Notes: a model not told the origin generated them from the sequence alone. A DNA stretch of 63,994 nt, filler included, from Reticulomyxa filosa (GCA_000512085.1; 24 parts of 24 records of this genome joined end to end with filler, not necessarily neighbours in it); one strand, 5' to 3'. Shown: positions 40,583 to 54,669, numbered from the whole stretch's first letter. Translations and numbers: made by a program.

Positions 40583-42239
40583 TCATTGTCATTATCATTA
40601 TCATTGTCATTGTCATTGTCATTGTCTCTATCATCATTATTAACATCATCTGCAAAGTGAGGTGTGACTGCAACCTCACTCGTACTCGCCACGGAGACAC
40701 GCTTTGCATTAGCTGTTGCACGACGCAAGGGTAAGACATGGGTGGTGGCAATGTCGATGACCTCGTTGCGACTTATTTCCGGCGTTTGTAAGAACTGGAC
40801 GATGCGCTGTGCACTGACCAACAGCTCACTGCCGATTTGGACGCACGAAGGGATGAAAAGCAGCAGCGGATATCGGAACAATGCAAAGAATGTGAGGACA
40901 GGATAGATGATAGAGGGCTGCAAATATCCGTGTTTCAGATAGAAAGGGATGAAGATGACCAAAGCCACCAAGGCCTGACTGAAGAAGAACACACTCAAAT
41001 TGAATGCCTTGATCATGGCTGCTCTGGAGATGTACTTCAATTCCAACGTCCGCGACTTGTTGATCGAGTCGTACAAGGGCTGTTCCCAGCAATACATCTT
41101 CATGGCCAAACACCCAACCAACACCTCGTTGATCAACTTCAAGCGCGTGTCCGTGTGCTGCACCGCCTGGTCGCGCAGCTTACCGAATCGCTTTGCAAAC
41201 CACACCTGCGCGGGCGCCAACAGCACCCACAATCCCAATCCCAAAAAAGGATACCAGCTCTTCGCTATGTAGATACACAAATATATCAACGCTACTATCA
41301 CAGTAAATGGGGACATTAGTGCCATTGGAATTATTTTGAAAAACTCTTGAAATCTTTGTGCGTCTTTTATTATTATTATTACTTATTTGTTGTTTTTCAT
41401 ATAATATAAATATATATATATATATATTATATATGGTATATGTGGTCCATACGAAGACCACACCATGTACACACACACACACATACATACATACCGGTAC
41501 TCATCAGGTTCATCACTTGTGCCGACGGCACACTGTTTGGTGATATTCTCATCGTTTTGTTAAAAATAACCACTGTCAATGCCGTGCGGGCAATAATACC
41601 GTCGCGAGTTGTTGCGAAATACAGCAGGTGGTGGTGAAATGCCAAGTACAATGCACACAATCCCAATCCGACACAAAAACCTACAGCTTTGTCTCGACTC
41701 ATGGAATTGTACTCCACGTATTCGATTATTTGCTGCAAACAGGTCACACTTACGCATTGCACTGTTTGATACAGTATTATCCCAAACAATTGTGCCAACC
41801 AATTTTTTATACCAATTGTGTAAAATATTGCACGCCAAATACTCACGTCTCGTCCCTTTTTCTCTTGCTCTTCATTCCAGACTGCCATAAAATTTTTCAA
41901 TAGTGTCCGGGCTGAATCTTTTTTTTTTTTGATATGGACATAAAAAAAAAAAAGTGCCCGCGGCAGACCACATTTAGTTTATAAAAAAGGTACCATGCAC
42001 TGAAATGTCATCAATATCATCCACCACCAATGGCCGTTGCAGTCCTACTTTCAATAATGGATATACCCAATTCCAAGAAAGCTTTTTCAGTAAATTGGCG
42101 TGATCACGACCCCACGCTATGCAGCCCAGTTGTTTGTGCTTTGTGTTTTTGCAGAGTTTTATATGTATTCTTTTTTTTGTGTTGTACTCTACTAACGAGG
42201 TTTATTGCGGCAAGGAGGATTTAATGGAGGCGATGTCAT
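40583..42239 (-). CDS. ABCC (MRP4-like) ABC transporter, N-terminal half (lasso motif + TMD1), 3' truncated
   Basis: ANLLKKLSWNWVYPLLKVGLQRPLVVDDI; QVMNLMST; TDTRLKLINEVLVGCLAMKMYCWE; LFRYPL...VSAQRIVQFL. Confidence 0.92.
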
Positions 42240-42619
42240 AGACAAAATTATTTGAGTTGGAATGAATATAGGGGTTTTATTTCAGAATTTTAAGCAACAC
42301 ATTAATAATCACCGTCTTCCGTTTGCTTTTTTTGCAAAAGTTTAAGAATAAAACAAATCCATTATTTTGAAGATAACTTTAAATTGTTTTGAAGCAATTT
42401 TCTTTTTTTTGTAAAAATTCCTTCTACGTGGTGGTCATATTAATTTTTTTTTTTTTTGAAGATTGCGTTTATGAAAGAAATGCCGATTATGGTTAATTTT
42501 AAGAAAGCAAAACCAACACAGGCTTAAAATAATAGTTCAGTTGCCACGCAAGACATAGTTAGTTGCTCACAACATAGACTGCTTGTGCAAACATATTGCT
42601 TTCTTTTTGTTTTTGTTTT

Positions 42620-45048
42620 GCTGATGCTCGATTTCTTGTCCTCCTTATTTTCTTTCATTTATCGATATCGGCACCCAGTGCCGGTGCTTTTTCATTCTGT
42701 GAGAGATATTAACAAAATGAAATAAAAATTTTTTTTTTTAAAAAAAGAGAAAACACAAATAAAAAAAAATTACCTTTTTCTTCTTTTCGAGATTATCAAA
42801 GCCACGACCAGGGGACGGCGAAGTATAGAAGTCACTCATCTCATAATCCCGCATAGTGAGTGCCAACTCCTGTACTCTGCCATAATCGAACCGAATCGTT
42901 TCCACCCAACGACCTCTTTCGGCTTCGGGCAATGCCATGACCCAAGATTCGTTATCTCGAATCTGGACAAAGTCTTTATTTTCTCTGGTCTCCTCTTGCT
43001 TTTTTCGTTGCATTTGTAAATGGTATTGCTTCCCTTTGTCTACAAAGTGTTTAACCATGTCTGGAACCAATGAGAGCGAAGCACTGCTGACGCCGTGATG
43101 ACCCAGCAGACGCTTCAATAACTCAGTTAAAATTTTGATGCATTCCGATTGGGTTGTGTAATTGAGTGAAAGTTTATAAAACCATTCCGAGAAAACATAA
43201 GCAAACCAATCGACAGTCTGTTGTTCAAATTCGCGTTCATCATCGCTGTCTAAAACGATGGCCAATAATCGTTCGCAATGAGTTGAAAAGTGGTTGTGTG
43301 TCAAACGCTAATGTTGTCTCTTTTTCTCGTTTGACAGAGAACAAGTTATCAACTTGCCAATGGCAGATGCGAACTCGGCCGCCACGGCATGTCGCATCAT
43401 TGGCGTGTCACCCTCTGTCGCTTGTTGAAGCAAGAATTTTCGTGCTGGTTTCCACAGTTCTCGAATAAACGACCTTTTTTTTTTTTTTTTTTTTTTTATA
43501 AAAAAAATTCAAAATATTAATTTGTAATTATTTGCAATGTTTCTTTGTGTAAGTGATTTGTTTATTTGGTACCAGTCATTATTGGTCTTGGCATTAACAA
43601 GATCTGTCGGACTGATTGAAGTGACAAAAAAGCGAGTCAATTGGTTGACGACTTCCATCGCGTTTTCTCTTCGTGGTCGTGTCGAGCGAGAGCTCGCATT
43701 GCCACCGCCACCAGTCAAGCCACTCAACAAACCCATCAAAGGGTTGGTGGATGCTCCAGAGCCAGCACCCCCACTTCGACTGGGCTGTGACAGTGACGAC
43801 ATCATATTCAACATATTTCCGAGAGGATTGGCTGCTGCAGCAGAAGCAACCCCTCCTCCTCCTCCTCCTCCTCCTCCTCCTTGGGTCGGTAATGGATTAG
43901 CAGTAGATTGAGGCTGTGCACGTGTGGAAGTGGACAACGACGTAGAGCGTTCATCTTGCTTTGCGTCGGAGTCTCTGTCGGGCTGTCTGTTTTGCGGTGC
44001 GATGGATGGTGCAGCACGTCCGGTGCGTGCGCTGGTGCTTGTAATGTCGTCAATGTCACTCAGTACGGAATCGACCATGGAGGACAAGGCCGTGCTCAAG
44101 GCGGGTGCATTTGAACGAGAAGTGATGGCACTAGTAGCAGCATTGCTGGTATTGGCTGGCCTTTGATCATGGGAGGGACGGCTTGCGCTGCTGGGTTGTG
44201 GCCTCTGTGGTACATTGACCACGTTGGAACGGCCAATCGGACCCCTTTGCGACTGCACAATCACACCCTGAGCAACAGGCATCGTCATTCGCATCATTTG
44301 TTGCAAGTAGTTTGATCGTAGCATTACCGCCCCTTCTTGATTGCGATCTGTATTCAAAAAGTCCATTTATCCATTTTTTTTTTTGTTTCCAAAAAAAATA
44401 TCCCCTCTTTAATGTTTTTTTTTTAGTTTACAAAACTGGATAAATCCAAGTTTCGAAGTAAATGACCAATACTGGCAAGTGCGGTACCCACTTGAATCAA
44501 CAACCCCCCTGTTGCATCTGTAAAAAAAAAAAAACAAAAACAAGGTTGGGTCGAATCACAACTGATTTGATTGAATACTTCCAACTTATACAAAACTGGC
44601 TCTTCTTTGCAAATCTCTGATATCTTCCGGAGAATAGTGCACTGTGTCCGGGGAGTCTTGCTTTGTTTGGTTTTGTCGGGTGTAATGATCCATCGACTGA
44701 TTTCAGACATGACCAGGTCGGCGTATTCAATAAACGACGGCAGGTTGGACACATTGGCCTCGACTTCGCTCTTGTGCCCTTTTTTTCGTCGTGAGCACTG
44801 TCCTCCACCACATTCGCATTGACATTGGCGTGAGTGGTGTGAGGAGACAAGTCAAACGTGTGCAACTTTTGCAGTCCAGAAGCAAGGTCGGCTTGAGTCA
44901 ATTCATCACGTGCTGCAACTTCTTTATCTTTATCTTTATCTTTGCTTTTGTGTTCGGCGTCATCAACACTGACACCGCCTTCCAAAAATGTCATTATGTT
45001 GTCATATACTTCACACAATTTGATCATTTCTTCCTGACGATGTCTTCT
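42620..45048 (-). CDS. BAG6: BAG6/Scythe-like large low-complexity protein, 5' truncated
   Basis: C-terminal ESWVMALPEAERGRWVETIRFDYGRVQ...MSDFYTS resembles the BAG6 W..xP..W..II..D...Q...SDAY motif; central LGNMLNMM/NPLMGLL low-complexity region. Confidence 0.5.
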
Positions 45049-46499
45049 NNNNNNNNNNNNNNNNNNNNNNNNNNNNNNNNNNNNNNNNNNNNTTAATTAA
45101 TTAANNNNNNNNNNNNNNNNNNNNNNNNNNNNNNNNNNNNNNNNNNNNTTTGTCATTTCATTTTAACAGAGGATATAATCCCAATATTTGTATGTGTCCA
45201 TTGCCATTGATAAGCCAAAGCAATCCTAGAGTTTAATATCAAATTGTCATTCTCCAGTAAATGTTTCTTCTTTTGATAGATATCTTCTTTTTCCTTCACT
45301 TTGACCAAACTTTTCTTTACCTCTTTACTTCGCCTTTTTTTTGAACCAAAATGATTAAGGGCAAGAGACTAAAGAGGGAAAGCATATCATTAATAACTCA
45401 TTGATTTTTTGTGATTATTTGTTTTATTTTGTGCATTTGTCCTCCTGGCATTTTCCCCCTTTTGCCCCTCTTGCACTTTTTTTTTTCACTCGCTGCAATT
45501 TGCTTATTTTACTTTCTGTCACCTTTACTGTTTTTCTTTCTAAAAAACCACCTATTGCATTTTATTACTACATATTTTTTTCTAGGACACTTTTTTGTTG
45601 TAGCTTTTTTTCCACACTCACGAACGTACTATCCAATGTTGCGTTGGATATTTGAGATCCACATCGAATACCTGGAAAATAAATACGATGACGCAAAACA
45701 AGAGAATGCATGCTTCTACGGGATACATCCAAAGACACTATTACCACCCCCAGACGTGCGTCCACTCAACCAATACCATCCCTTTTTATATCATTCACAA
45801 CAATCCAATTTCCAAACTACTGCGGATGCAATCAACAACATTGTGAATGAAAAGGACTTTGCCAACAAAACTGAAATCTGAAGAAAGTGAAGCAAGTCCA
45901 CGAGTGAACCTGCAATTAAAAGAGGAGAAATATGGACATATGGATGAAGATAATGTGATGAATAAGAGTAATGACACGAGTGTATTGAGTCGAAGCACAA
46001 AGCGTCGTACGGTAAGTAACTTGATTTTGTATTCGTCTGAAAGATCACAATTGTTGAGTGGCATATTCAATCACGCTCAAAATGGACTCTCCTTTTCCTA
46101 ATCCAAACTTGCCACGGCAAATATTATTGACTTGCTGTGTCCACTTTCATACTGTCTTGATTCTTAGATCGATGAGGTACATATTCTGGAGGCTCTTGCA
46201 TTGGACTCGTTTTCTGTATCTCATCTTCGCTTTCCGTGCCTTTGTTTCGAACACTTTGTTCTGATAGGAACTTTTGTTTTAATGGTGGAACGAGCAAGGG
46301 ATGCAATGGATTATTGGTGGTCAATCAATCATCGGTGTGTNNNNNNNNNNNNNNNNNNNNNNNNNNNNNNNNNNNNNNNNNNNNTTAATTAATTAANNNN
46401 NNNNNNNNNNNNNNNNNNNNNNNNNNNNNNNNNNNNNNNNTTTTTTTTTTTTTTTTTTTTTTTTTTTGAAAAAAAAAAAAAAGTTTAAATAATGGATCA

Positions 46500-47682
46500 A
46501 AATTGCACAAAGAACGAATGAAAAACACGTGACAATGAGCACAACGAGCAACAACTTAAAAACAAAAGACCCTTGGATGTCTTCCATTCACACGTACACA
46601 AGCAACGGAATTGCGACTGGCAACGGCGGCAATGGTGGCACTGGAAGTGGCAATGCTAATGGCATGGTGGGTGGCGGCATGACCAGCAGCAATGGTATCA
46701 TCAACGGCAGTTGTAATGCCAATGGCAGCGGCAATGGCAATAACAACGTCAACGGTGGCAACAATGCTAATGCTAACATCAATATCCTCTCCAATGAAAA
46801 AAACTCCAACATTCATGCAGACGCCTTGTTACAATTACATGTTATTACTACTTTTTTTTTTTTTTAAAGTATATAAACACGTATGCATTTACATATATAT
46901 ATATTTTTTATCTTGTTTGTGATCCCCTCTTTGTTCAAAAAAAAACAAAACAAAACACATACACATACGCATACACACACACACACATACAGTTTCAAAG
47001 ACAAGAATGCGCAAAATTGCAAAGAGAAAAAGATGAACTTCGAAGTCAAACAGCGGCGATCCAAGTTAGTCGCGTGTTTGCAAAGAGGAAGAAGGGAGGG
47101 TAAAGCTTGTTCTTGCAAAGACAAACAAAACGTGTGTCCAAATCTCGTTGTAAACAGCTTTGCACTGATTTGGCGTGAATAGGAACAACTGCAGGCATTG
47201 TCCGCCCAATTGCAACAAAAAAACGAGGAAATGCAACAAGTGAAAATGATGTCGCACAACTTGGCCCAAAATTTGGCGGCCGAAAAAACGGAGCGAAGAA
47301 AAGAGTCAGAGGCTCTGTTGGATCAACTCCAAATTCACAAACTCAAACAACAGCAAATCGAAACGGGCTTGCGTAAACTTGGAGTGGATTCCGTGGCCAT
47401 GGAAGGGGCCTCCATGATGGTCGAGCAAACGCATAATCAAATAATGCTTCTTCGAGTTTGGCTTTATCAAACAAACAACCAATCTAAAAATTGTCCTTAC
47501 TCCACAAAAAAAATGCTCCAAACGTGCAATATTTGTTAATTTCTCGTATCTCTACTTTTCACATAACACAAATATAGGAACGACTCGTCCATGCAAGGCA
47601 AGAGCGATTAAATCAAATTCAACAAGAAAGTGAACAAGTGGATGTACTTCGCCGTTTAATTGCGACTCTGGATAAGCTGTAA
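46500..47682 (+). CDS. Gly/Asn-rich and coiled-coil protein, C-terminal exons
   Basis: Exons ~46500-46840, ~47183-47455 and ~47578-47682 ending LRRLIATLDKL*. Confidence 0.55.
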
Positions 47683-48249
47683 ACAACCTTTTTTTTATTT
47701 TTTTTACCAAAAAAAAAAAAAAGAGAAAAAGCCAGATTTTCTTTTTTTTTTTTAAAAAAAAGGGTGAGTTGTTTGTCTCTTCTAGTTAGTTTCTGTTTCA
47801 ACGACTTTTTTTCTTATTTAAAAGTATTCTCTTTTTATTCATCACCAGGCTTAAAAAAAGAAAAAACATTCTTGTAGCTTTTTCTTTTCAGGATTTCGTT
47901 TTTTTCTCAAGTTAATATTTTTTCTAATCTACCTGCCACAATGTTAATCAATAGGTCTTTTTTTTTCGCTGCCATTTTGCTTATGACCAACGTATCAAGA
48001 TTTCCTTCATGAATAAAAAAATTAGAAATGAAGGAATGGAAACGAAAACCGTTCATTGTTTCAAGATCATTAATGCACATATCCACACATTATGTAAACA
48101 ATGAAGGAAGCTTTGGACTTTAAGAATTTTTGCTTTATGCACTCCCCAAAAACGCAGCGAGGCAAACTTTGACTGAAGAACTAGTGTTTTGAGAAAGAAA
48201 AAGAAAAAAAAAGTGAACGTTTGGTTATTTCTCTGTTGTCTCCAAAAAA

Positions 48250-48655
48250 ATGACGCAAAATCAGTTTTTTTATCCAATCCTGTGTGATCTTTCCCCTTTG
48301 CACTCAAACGCCAAGTCAAAAACGGCAGTTTTGACAAGGGGTGCGCAGTCACCAACGCCAGGTGTCTCTTTGGTGGCTGGTGCTCCCTTTCCAGTGATTC
48401 AAGTGTCAACCAGTCTTTGCAGGGTGACAAATCAGCCCGATTCTCGCGTATGGAACGGTAGTAGACACGAAGTAATTCCAAACTCTTTTGGCACGTGCCA
48501 AAATGTGAACTCTCAGCACACAAACGAGATTGACAGCGCGTTAGTATCAAATGTCTGTTCAGCGGTTTTGTCTAGGACAATGGAAGCGAACCATGATCCA
48601 AATTCCCTTCGTGGAGATCAAAACATGGTATTGGAATCTTTGCTACAGCAGCAGC
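48250..48655 (+). CDS. Hypothetical protein, N-terminal part
   Basis: ATG-initiated open frame runs to the contig end. Confidence 0.4.
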
Positions 48656-48975
48656 NNNNNNNNNNNNNNNNNNNNNNNNNNNNNNNNNNNNNNNNNNNNT
48701 TAATTAATTAANNNNNNNNNNNNNNNNNNNNNNNNNNNNNNNNNNNNNNNNNNNNAAAAAAAAAAAAGCAAAGCAAAGTAAAAAAAGTTACAATAATTGC
48801 TGGGGATTGGTGAGAAAAAAAAAGAAGCACTACTCACATGAAAATGTTAAAAAAAACCTCCGTAAATTTTGAAACTTTTTTTTTTAAAAAAATATCTTAT
48901 ACTATCCCTGATGAATGATAGATAGTGAATAGAAAGAGAAAGAGATAAGTTCATGAGGAAAAAAAAAAAAGAATT

Positions 48976-49980
48976 TTAAACGCAGATGAAGATGTCATCT
49001 TTGTCACGAGTATTATTGCAAGAAGTGGTATTTGAAAGAGAGCTGATAGTTCGTGTTGCCGAAAGGGATGGTTTCAAAGAGTGATTGGCAGGAGGTTTTA
49101 ATTGTACGTGATACGTACGACCCTTTTCATTGCAAACACAATCTTTCCAGTTCTTTTCAAGCAAAAAAGGTTGTGACCTTACCTTTGTTGGTGTCGTTAT
49201 TGTCGTTGTCTTCAGTGCCATCTTTTCGCTGTTTGTTCCATTTTCCTGTTCGTCGTGTTCATGGTTTGCTTTTTTGATCAAACATTGAAAGCCACTCACG
49301 AGCAATACCGACAACTTTGTTTGTCTTTGTTTTTTGGTTTTGCCTTCGGGGGTCTTCTTATCTTCGTTCGCTTTGCTTGGCATTGATTTGTTCATCATGT
49401 CGTTATTATCATCACGGTGGACATTATTGTGGAATAATGTCCGAGATTGCGAGGGCGATACAATTTTCGAGAGATCCATTGACATCACTTTTTGCGAAAT
49501 GGCATCCCACATAAGCCATTGCCCTTCGATCGATATTTCCTTTGTCAATTCACACGATTCAATATACTCACAGAATTTGTCACGACTGTTTGATAACACA
49601 AATGACACTGCTCTCTCTTTGTCCCGTTCATTCATTTCTCTCAACTCTTTGGATACTGTACTCATGGAATAGCCCAGATACTTGCTTTGGCGATACAGCT
49701 CGTCTTCAATCACTTCCCATATACTTTCAATCACCGTCGAGGTGTCGCCACGCCCGTTTATACGTAACATTTTTTTTTTTTTTTTATGTAAGCTGTTTAG
49801 GAACTTTCTGTTACCCCCGTTGCTTAGTTTGGCTTGCAATCACAACTCATCCAAAACGTACTCAATTGCGTGTCCAATACACATAAAAAATATATGCTTC
49901 TTAGGCTTTATTTTGACCTTTCTCTTTGACACGGACACGTGAAGAAAGGATTTTTCGAACACGCGCTGGGGAGCCAACAT
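48976..49980 (-). CDS. Hypothetical protein (in-frame TGA at 49840-49842)
   Basis: 287-aa ORF abutting an upstream ORF in the same frame. Confidence 0.45.
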
Positions 49981-50660
49981 GATCTTTTTTTGGTTTCGTG
50001 CACAAATATTTTTAAAGCTCAAAAAAAAAAAAAAAAAAAAAGCAAAAAAAAACCATTGAAATAGTAGTTGCAAAAAAAAGCTTGGAGGATGATCGATCAT
50101 GTGCACGAGCAAAATGAATCATACACAGAAGTATATTCAAACAACATAAAAAAATTTAATACGAACACCTTGAATAATTTATTTTTCAAGTCCACTGATT
50201 AGCAATAGACCACTTAACCAATTTTTTATTTTAAGATTTTCATTTTGAGTGTGCCGAAAAGTTTAGTTGCGGTGTAATATTTTACCTTGAATAATGTACG
50301 TTTCTCTTACGTGTTTATGTGCACTAGTCCTTGTTGGACAATGTTGACAAAATTGATCTGCATTAAAGCAATTTGTACACTGCGTCTTTAAAAAAGTTTT
50401 ATTATAGTCTGTTTTTATTCTAAAAAATGAAAATTTGCGTTAAGTGAAACTTTTTCAATTTTATTCATTTCTTACATTACAATTCTCTTATTGATTTTAT
50501 TTGTTACAGTCTATATAACGTTAGCACCTACGTCTTAGAGTGATTAATTTTGCAACTATTTAAAGAAAACAAAGTATTTTAAGTAGCCACCGAGAAACAT
50601 TGTCCGCAAAAAAAATTCTTGCTTTGAAATACATTAATCACATTTAAATTATTTTTAGCA

Positions 50661-51098
50661 ATGAGTAAGGTGACACATATCACTGCTCCAAACTTGATTG
50701 TGGTTGCAGGAGCGTTTTGTCATGCATCCATAGTAGGAAACGTGATCCACATTGCGGGGACAATAGGCACCCGATGGAACGAAGAGACAAAGACGCATGA
50801 ATTGGTGAAAGGGGGTGTCGGTGTGCAAACGAAACAAGTGTTGGAAAATATTGCCACGATATTGAAAGCAAGTGGATCATGTGTCCATCACCTGGTGAAA
50901 TTGAACGTTTTTCTAAAAGATAACACACCAGAGCGATATGCACAAATGAATGCTGCTTACGTTGAGTTTTTCAAATCGCAAAAAGCGGATGTTTGCGCCA
51001 GAATCACTGTTGGATGTGGAAATTTGGCTTTAGGTAGTGATGTTGAGATAGATGGGGTGGCATTCTTGCCAGGCAAATGTCCACATGCCAAATTGTAA
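50661..51098 (+). CDS. ridA: RidA/YjgF/YER057c/UK114 family enamine/imine deaminase with C-terminal PTS1 (AKL)
   Basis: GNVIHIAGTIG, QTKQVLENIATILKASG, VKLNVFL, MNAAYVEFF, ARITVG..LALGSDVEIDGVA; intronless; ends HAKL*. Confidence 0.92.
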   Translation: MSKVTHITAPNLIVVAGAFCHASIVGNVIHIAGTIGTRWNEETKTHELVKGGVGVQTKQVLENIATILKASGSCVHHLVKLNVFLKDNTPERYAQMNAAYVEFFKSQKADVCARITVGCGNLALGSDVEIDGVAFLPGKCPHAKL

Positions 51099-51526
51099 AA
51101 TATTTATTTTTTTATCTCAACAAACAAACCAAAAAATTTTCAGTATTAAGTGAGTTACTTCGTTACAACCAATTTCATCGCAAAGATACGGGTCTTTGTT
51201 GCGTTTTCTCGCATTTTTTCCGATAATATTTGTCGATATTTTCCCCTTTTAAGGGTGGACAAACAAGCACGATTTTATAATCCCCCTAACGGACTTATTT
51301 TTGAAAGTACAAATTGTTTAAAAATATGCATGGAATTATTTTTGAAGAAGTTGATCGGGTACAAAAAATTTTTTGTGTGTGTTTGGAATCACATTTTTTT
51401 TTATGTCACAGTGATTCTATCCTTAAATTTGGACCAACATTTGATTATACTGGCACAATTCAAATGAAAGGCTCTTTCACAAGCTGCAGACCGTTCAAAA
51501 AGAAAAAAAATTGACCCAAAATAATA

Positions 51527-51621
51527 ATGTCAGTTCGACTAGCTCAAGGCGATGCAGTGCTTGTGGAATTGCCCTCGAGTACTGCAGGAATTGGGTTGAT
51601 CCGTTTCATAGGAATGATATC
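51527..51621 (+). CDS. Start of a probable CAP-Gly domain protein, truncated
   Basis: MSVRLAQGDAVLVELPSSTAGIGLIRFIGMI (GD.V.V...G.IRFIG). Confidence 0.5.
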
Positions 51622-51721
51622 NNNNNNNNNNNNNNNNNNNNNNNNNNNNNNNNNNNNNNNNNNNNTTAATTAATTAANNNNNNNNNNNNNNNNNNNNNNN
51701 NNNNNNNNNNNNNNNNNNNNN

Positions 51722-53030
51722 TTTTTCTTTTTCTTTTTCTTTTTCTTTTTCTTTTTCTTTGTGTTTGTGTTTTTGCTTTTCTTTTTGTTTGTGTTTATGT
51801 TCCGTTTTTGCGTCTTTTGCATCTTTTGTTATTTCTTTTTCTTTGGAAGCAATAGTACGGCGCAATGCATAAAAATATGGATAAACATTCTTGAGTATTA
51901 ACTGTGTTAAATCATATGTTTGAAACAAACAAACAATAAGATTAAAATGACAATAACAGCGAATAAGAATTTGCTAGCGCGTAACGTGAACAGTTGAAAT
52001 GGAATCCATGACTTCAATATGTATGGGCTCACGTTCAGACGGCAATTTGTGGAGTGTTTGTAATTCCACGATTTTGGACATGGCGTCACGTAAATCAGAA
52101 TCGTTTCGAAAAAACAATTGAACATAATTTTTATCGTACTCTCGCTGCAAAGATTGACATTTCACCTTCAACGCGTTACCTTGCTCTTTGTTTAATCTTG
52201 CTCGGTCGATTACCCATTTTTTCAAATCTTCTTCTTTCATGTTATATTGCAATGATGAGCAGCGGATTTCCCAATTTTTTACCTTTCCCCGTGTTTGTAG
52301 TTTTCACACTGTGAAGAACGAGAAAGAAAGAGAAAGAGAGAAAGCAAGAAAAAAAAAAAAAAAAACATATACACACACAGACATTAGGGCCTTTTTCGAA
52401 TATATTTGTTCGGACAATTCGATTTCCACAATAGGCATGACAACAAGCACGATATATAGTATAAAATGTATGCCTAAATTCACTTAGAGTACTACGCTGC
52501 ACAAAGTCTGACTGTGGCAAAAATGAAATGCATCCCGTACGTAGCCGCATTGCGGAAAAGATATCGACCGCACGAATTGCTAAAATATGCAAAGTTATAC
52601 ATACCAACACAGTTTTATTTATTGCATAGGCACGGTGTACATACACACACACACACATATATATACATATATATATATATAATAATGGCATAGATTCGAA
52701 AAAGGGTACACATATACAAAACTTTGTTCTCTGACAAGATTTTTCCAAAACAAAAACGCATCTGCTGTCGGTGTGGCATTAGACCAAATACTCAGTACGT
52801 AAGGCGTCAATCCATTTGGATTGTCTGCACTCTGTTTCGCAAATTCGCATTGGCATAGTAACAAAATTAAAGCAAAGACAAGTTGGGAGAGGGAGGGGAA
52901 AAAAAAAAAAAAAAAACAAAACTGCGGGTGTCATGTTCAAAAATTGTTCCCAAATATCGCAGCGAATGTGGTATTGACAGCAATACTGATACTTGCATGG
53001 ATAGTCCCAACACAAGTGCAACTGACCATC
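51722..53030 (-). CDS. Multi-exon hypothetical protein, partial
   Basis: Exon-like ORF blocks (52920-53030, 52720-52864, 52390-52615, 51974-52270, 51722-51920) separated by (CA)/(TA)/poly-A introns. Confidence 0.5.
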
Positions 53031-53070
53031 CACAAAGCAAACACAATATAATGCTAACAAAACAATAATC

Positions 53071-53101
<31 letters not shown>

Positions 53102-54603
53102 GGGGGGGGGGGGNNNNNNNNNNNNNNNNNNNNNNNNNNNNNNNNNNNNNNNNNNNNTTAATTAATTAANNNNNNNNNNNNNNNNNNNNNNNNNNNNNNN
53201 NNNNNNNNNNNNNATATATATATATATATATATTATCTCCAACTTGTTTCAATTTATTCAAGCGTTCACTTCTTTCCTGGTCTTGTACAGCTATTTCATT
53301 TTCCAAACGGTCGCCATTGATGGTCAACAAGATTGTCCATTCATGTTGATGTTGTCGATGCTGGTGACATCATCGATGATGATGATATAAAAAATCTTAA
53401 GACCTTTTTTTATCAATAAAAGGGACTTGCTAAAACTATTTTGACGGTATATATATAAAAATTTGGCTTATGTTTTATGAACGAATATAAAAATTTCCAA
53501 AACATTTGCCAAAAACTTACTGTTCTATAAAATATTTTAATTGAACAAAGTCATCGACACTCTGTAAAGATTTTCAAAAGTTTTAAATAATGTTTTTGGC
53601 AAACCTATTGTCAATTATGTTACATCTTTTTAGTTAATTGGTTTTTCATTCAAATAATAATTACTGTTCAAATATTTGACACAAATAAACATATTAATTG
53701 TCATTGCTCTGTATTATTCGAAGAAATAAGCAATTTTTTTAATAATACAACGAATAGATTGCTTTTACAAAAGAATTTATTGTTTTCTTGGTTGAGGACA
53801 GATCATCTTTAAGTTTTTCGCAAATTATTTTTTGTTTTTTAAACATAAATTATAAATTATAAATTATTGTTGTTTAAGAAGAGTATATTTCACTCTAACT
53901 TTTCAAAAATTTTGGAGTAGATTTTTGTTGGAAAAAACAGAACTTTCTGTAATTTCTGAATTGTAGTGAAATTTTTTGTTATATATTTGTGTTCTGTTGG
54001 AAGAGTTTGGACTTAAATTATTTTATTGAAAGGACTGTATATTATTGATATGATTTATTCTTTGCATTTTTTTTGGAATGAAAAAGAGATCGACGAAATT
54101 TTTGCAATGATAATAAATCTTTCTGATCTAATTTTCCTTGAATGATAAATGATAAAATATTGATATCCTTTTTTGAAAATGCTATTGCCTAGAACATTTG
54201 AATCATGTAAAAGAAGAATTTACAATCACGTCAAAAGTCTTATACAAATCAGTATCACTAACGATTGTTCTTCAAACGATATAATCCGAAATTAAATATT
54301 TTCCTTATCTAAAAAAAAAAGAACAAGAAGAAAAAAATAACCAAGAACAACAATAAATTGGTTTTTTTGATTTTTTTGTTATTTTCAACGAACTACTGAA
54401 TATTCCATTAAACATAGTCAAAAGAAAACTTAGCTTAACTATTGATATTTCAAAAGTTCAATACCAATATTAAAAAATAATAACACACAAATATCTATGT
54501 AACTGAGAAGTGGATATTGAGAGTGTGGTATAAGCAGAATAAATAAATAAAATAAATGATCACTTGAATCAAAACACAAACGCTTAGAGATATAAGAATA
54601 ATA

Positions 54604-54669
54604 CAGTAGAATGCAAAGTAAAGTTGACACCTAAAACGGCACCTTATAGAGATGATTGATTTTCTTCAT
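54604..54669 (+). mobile_element. Candidate Tc1/mariner (pogo-like) or MITE terminal sequence, copy 2
   Basis: TA-CAGTAGAATGCAAAGTAAAGTTGACACC...; homologous to 13091-13156. Confidence 0.55.

Noticed and set aside
45149-46340. Possible decayed retroelement (YKYLG-like remnant on the minus strand near 45180)
   Set aside because: Requires an assumed frameshift, and no other RT motifs are recognisable
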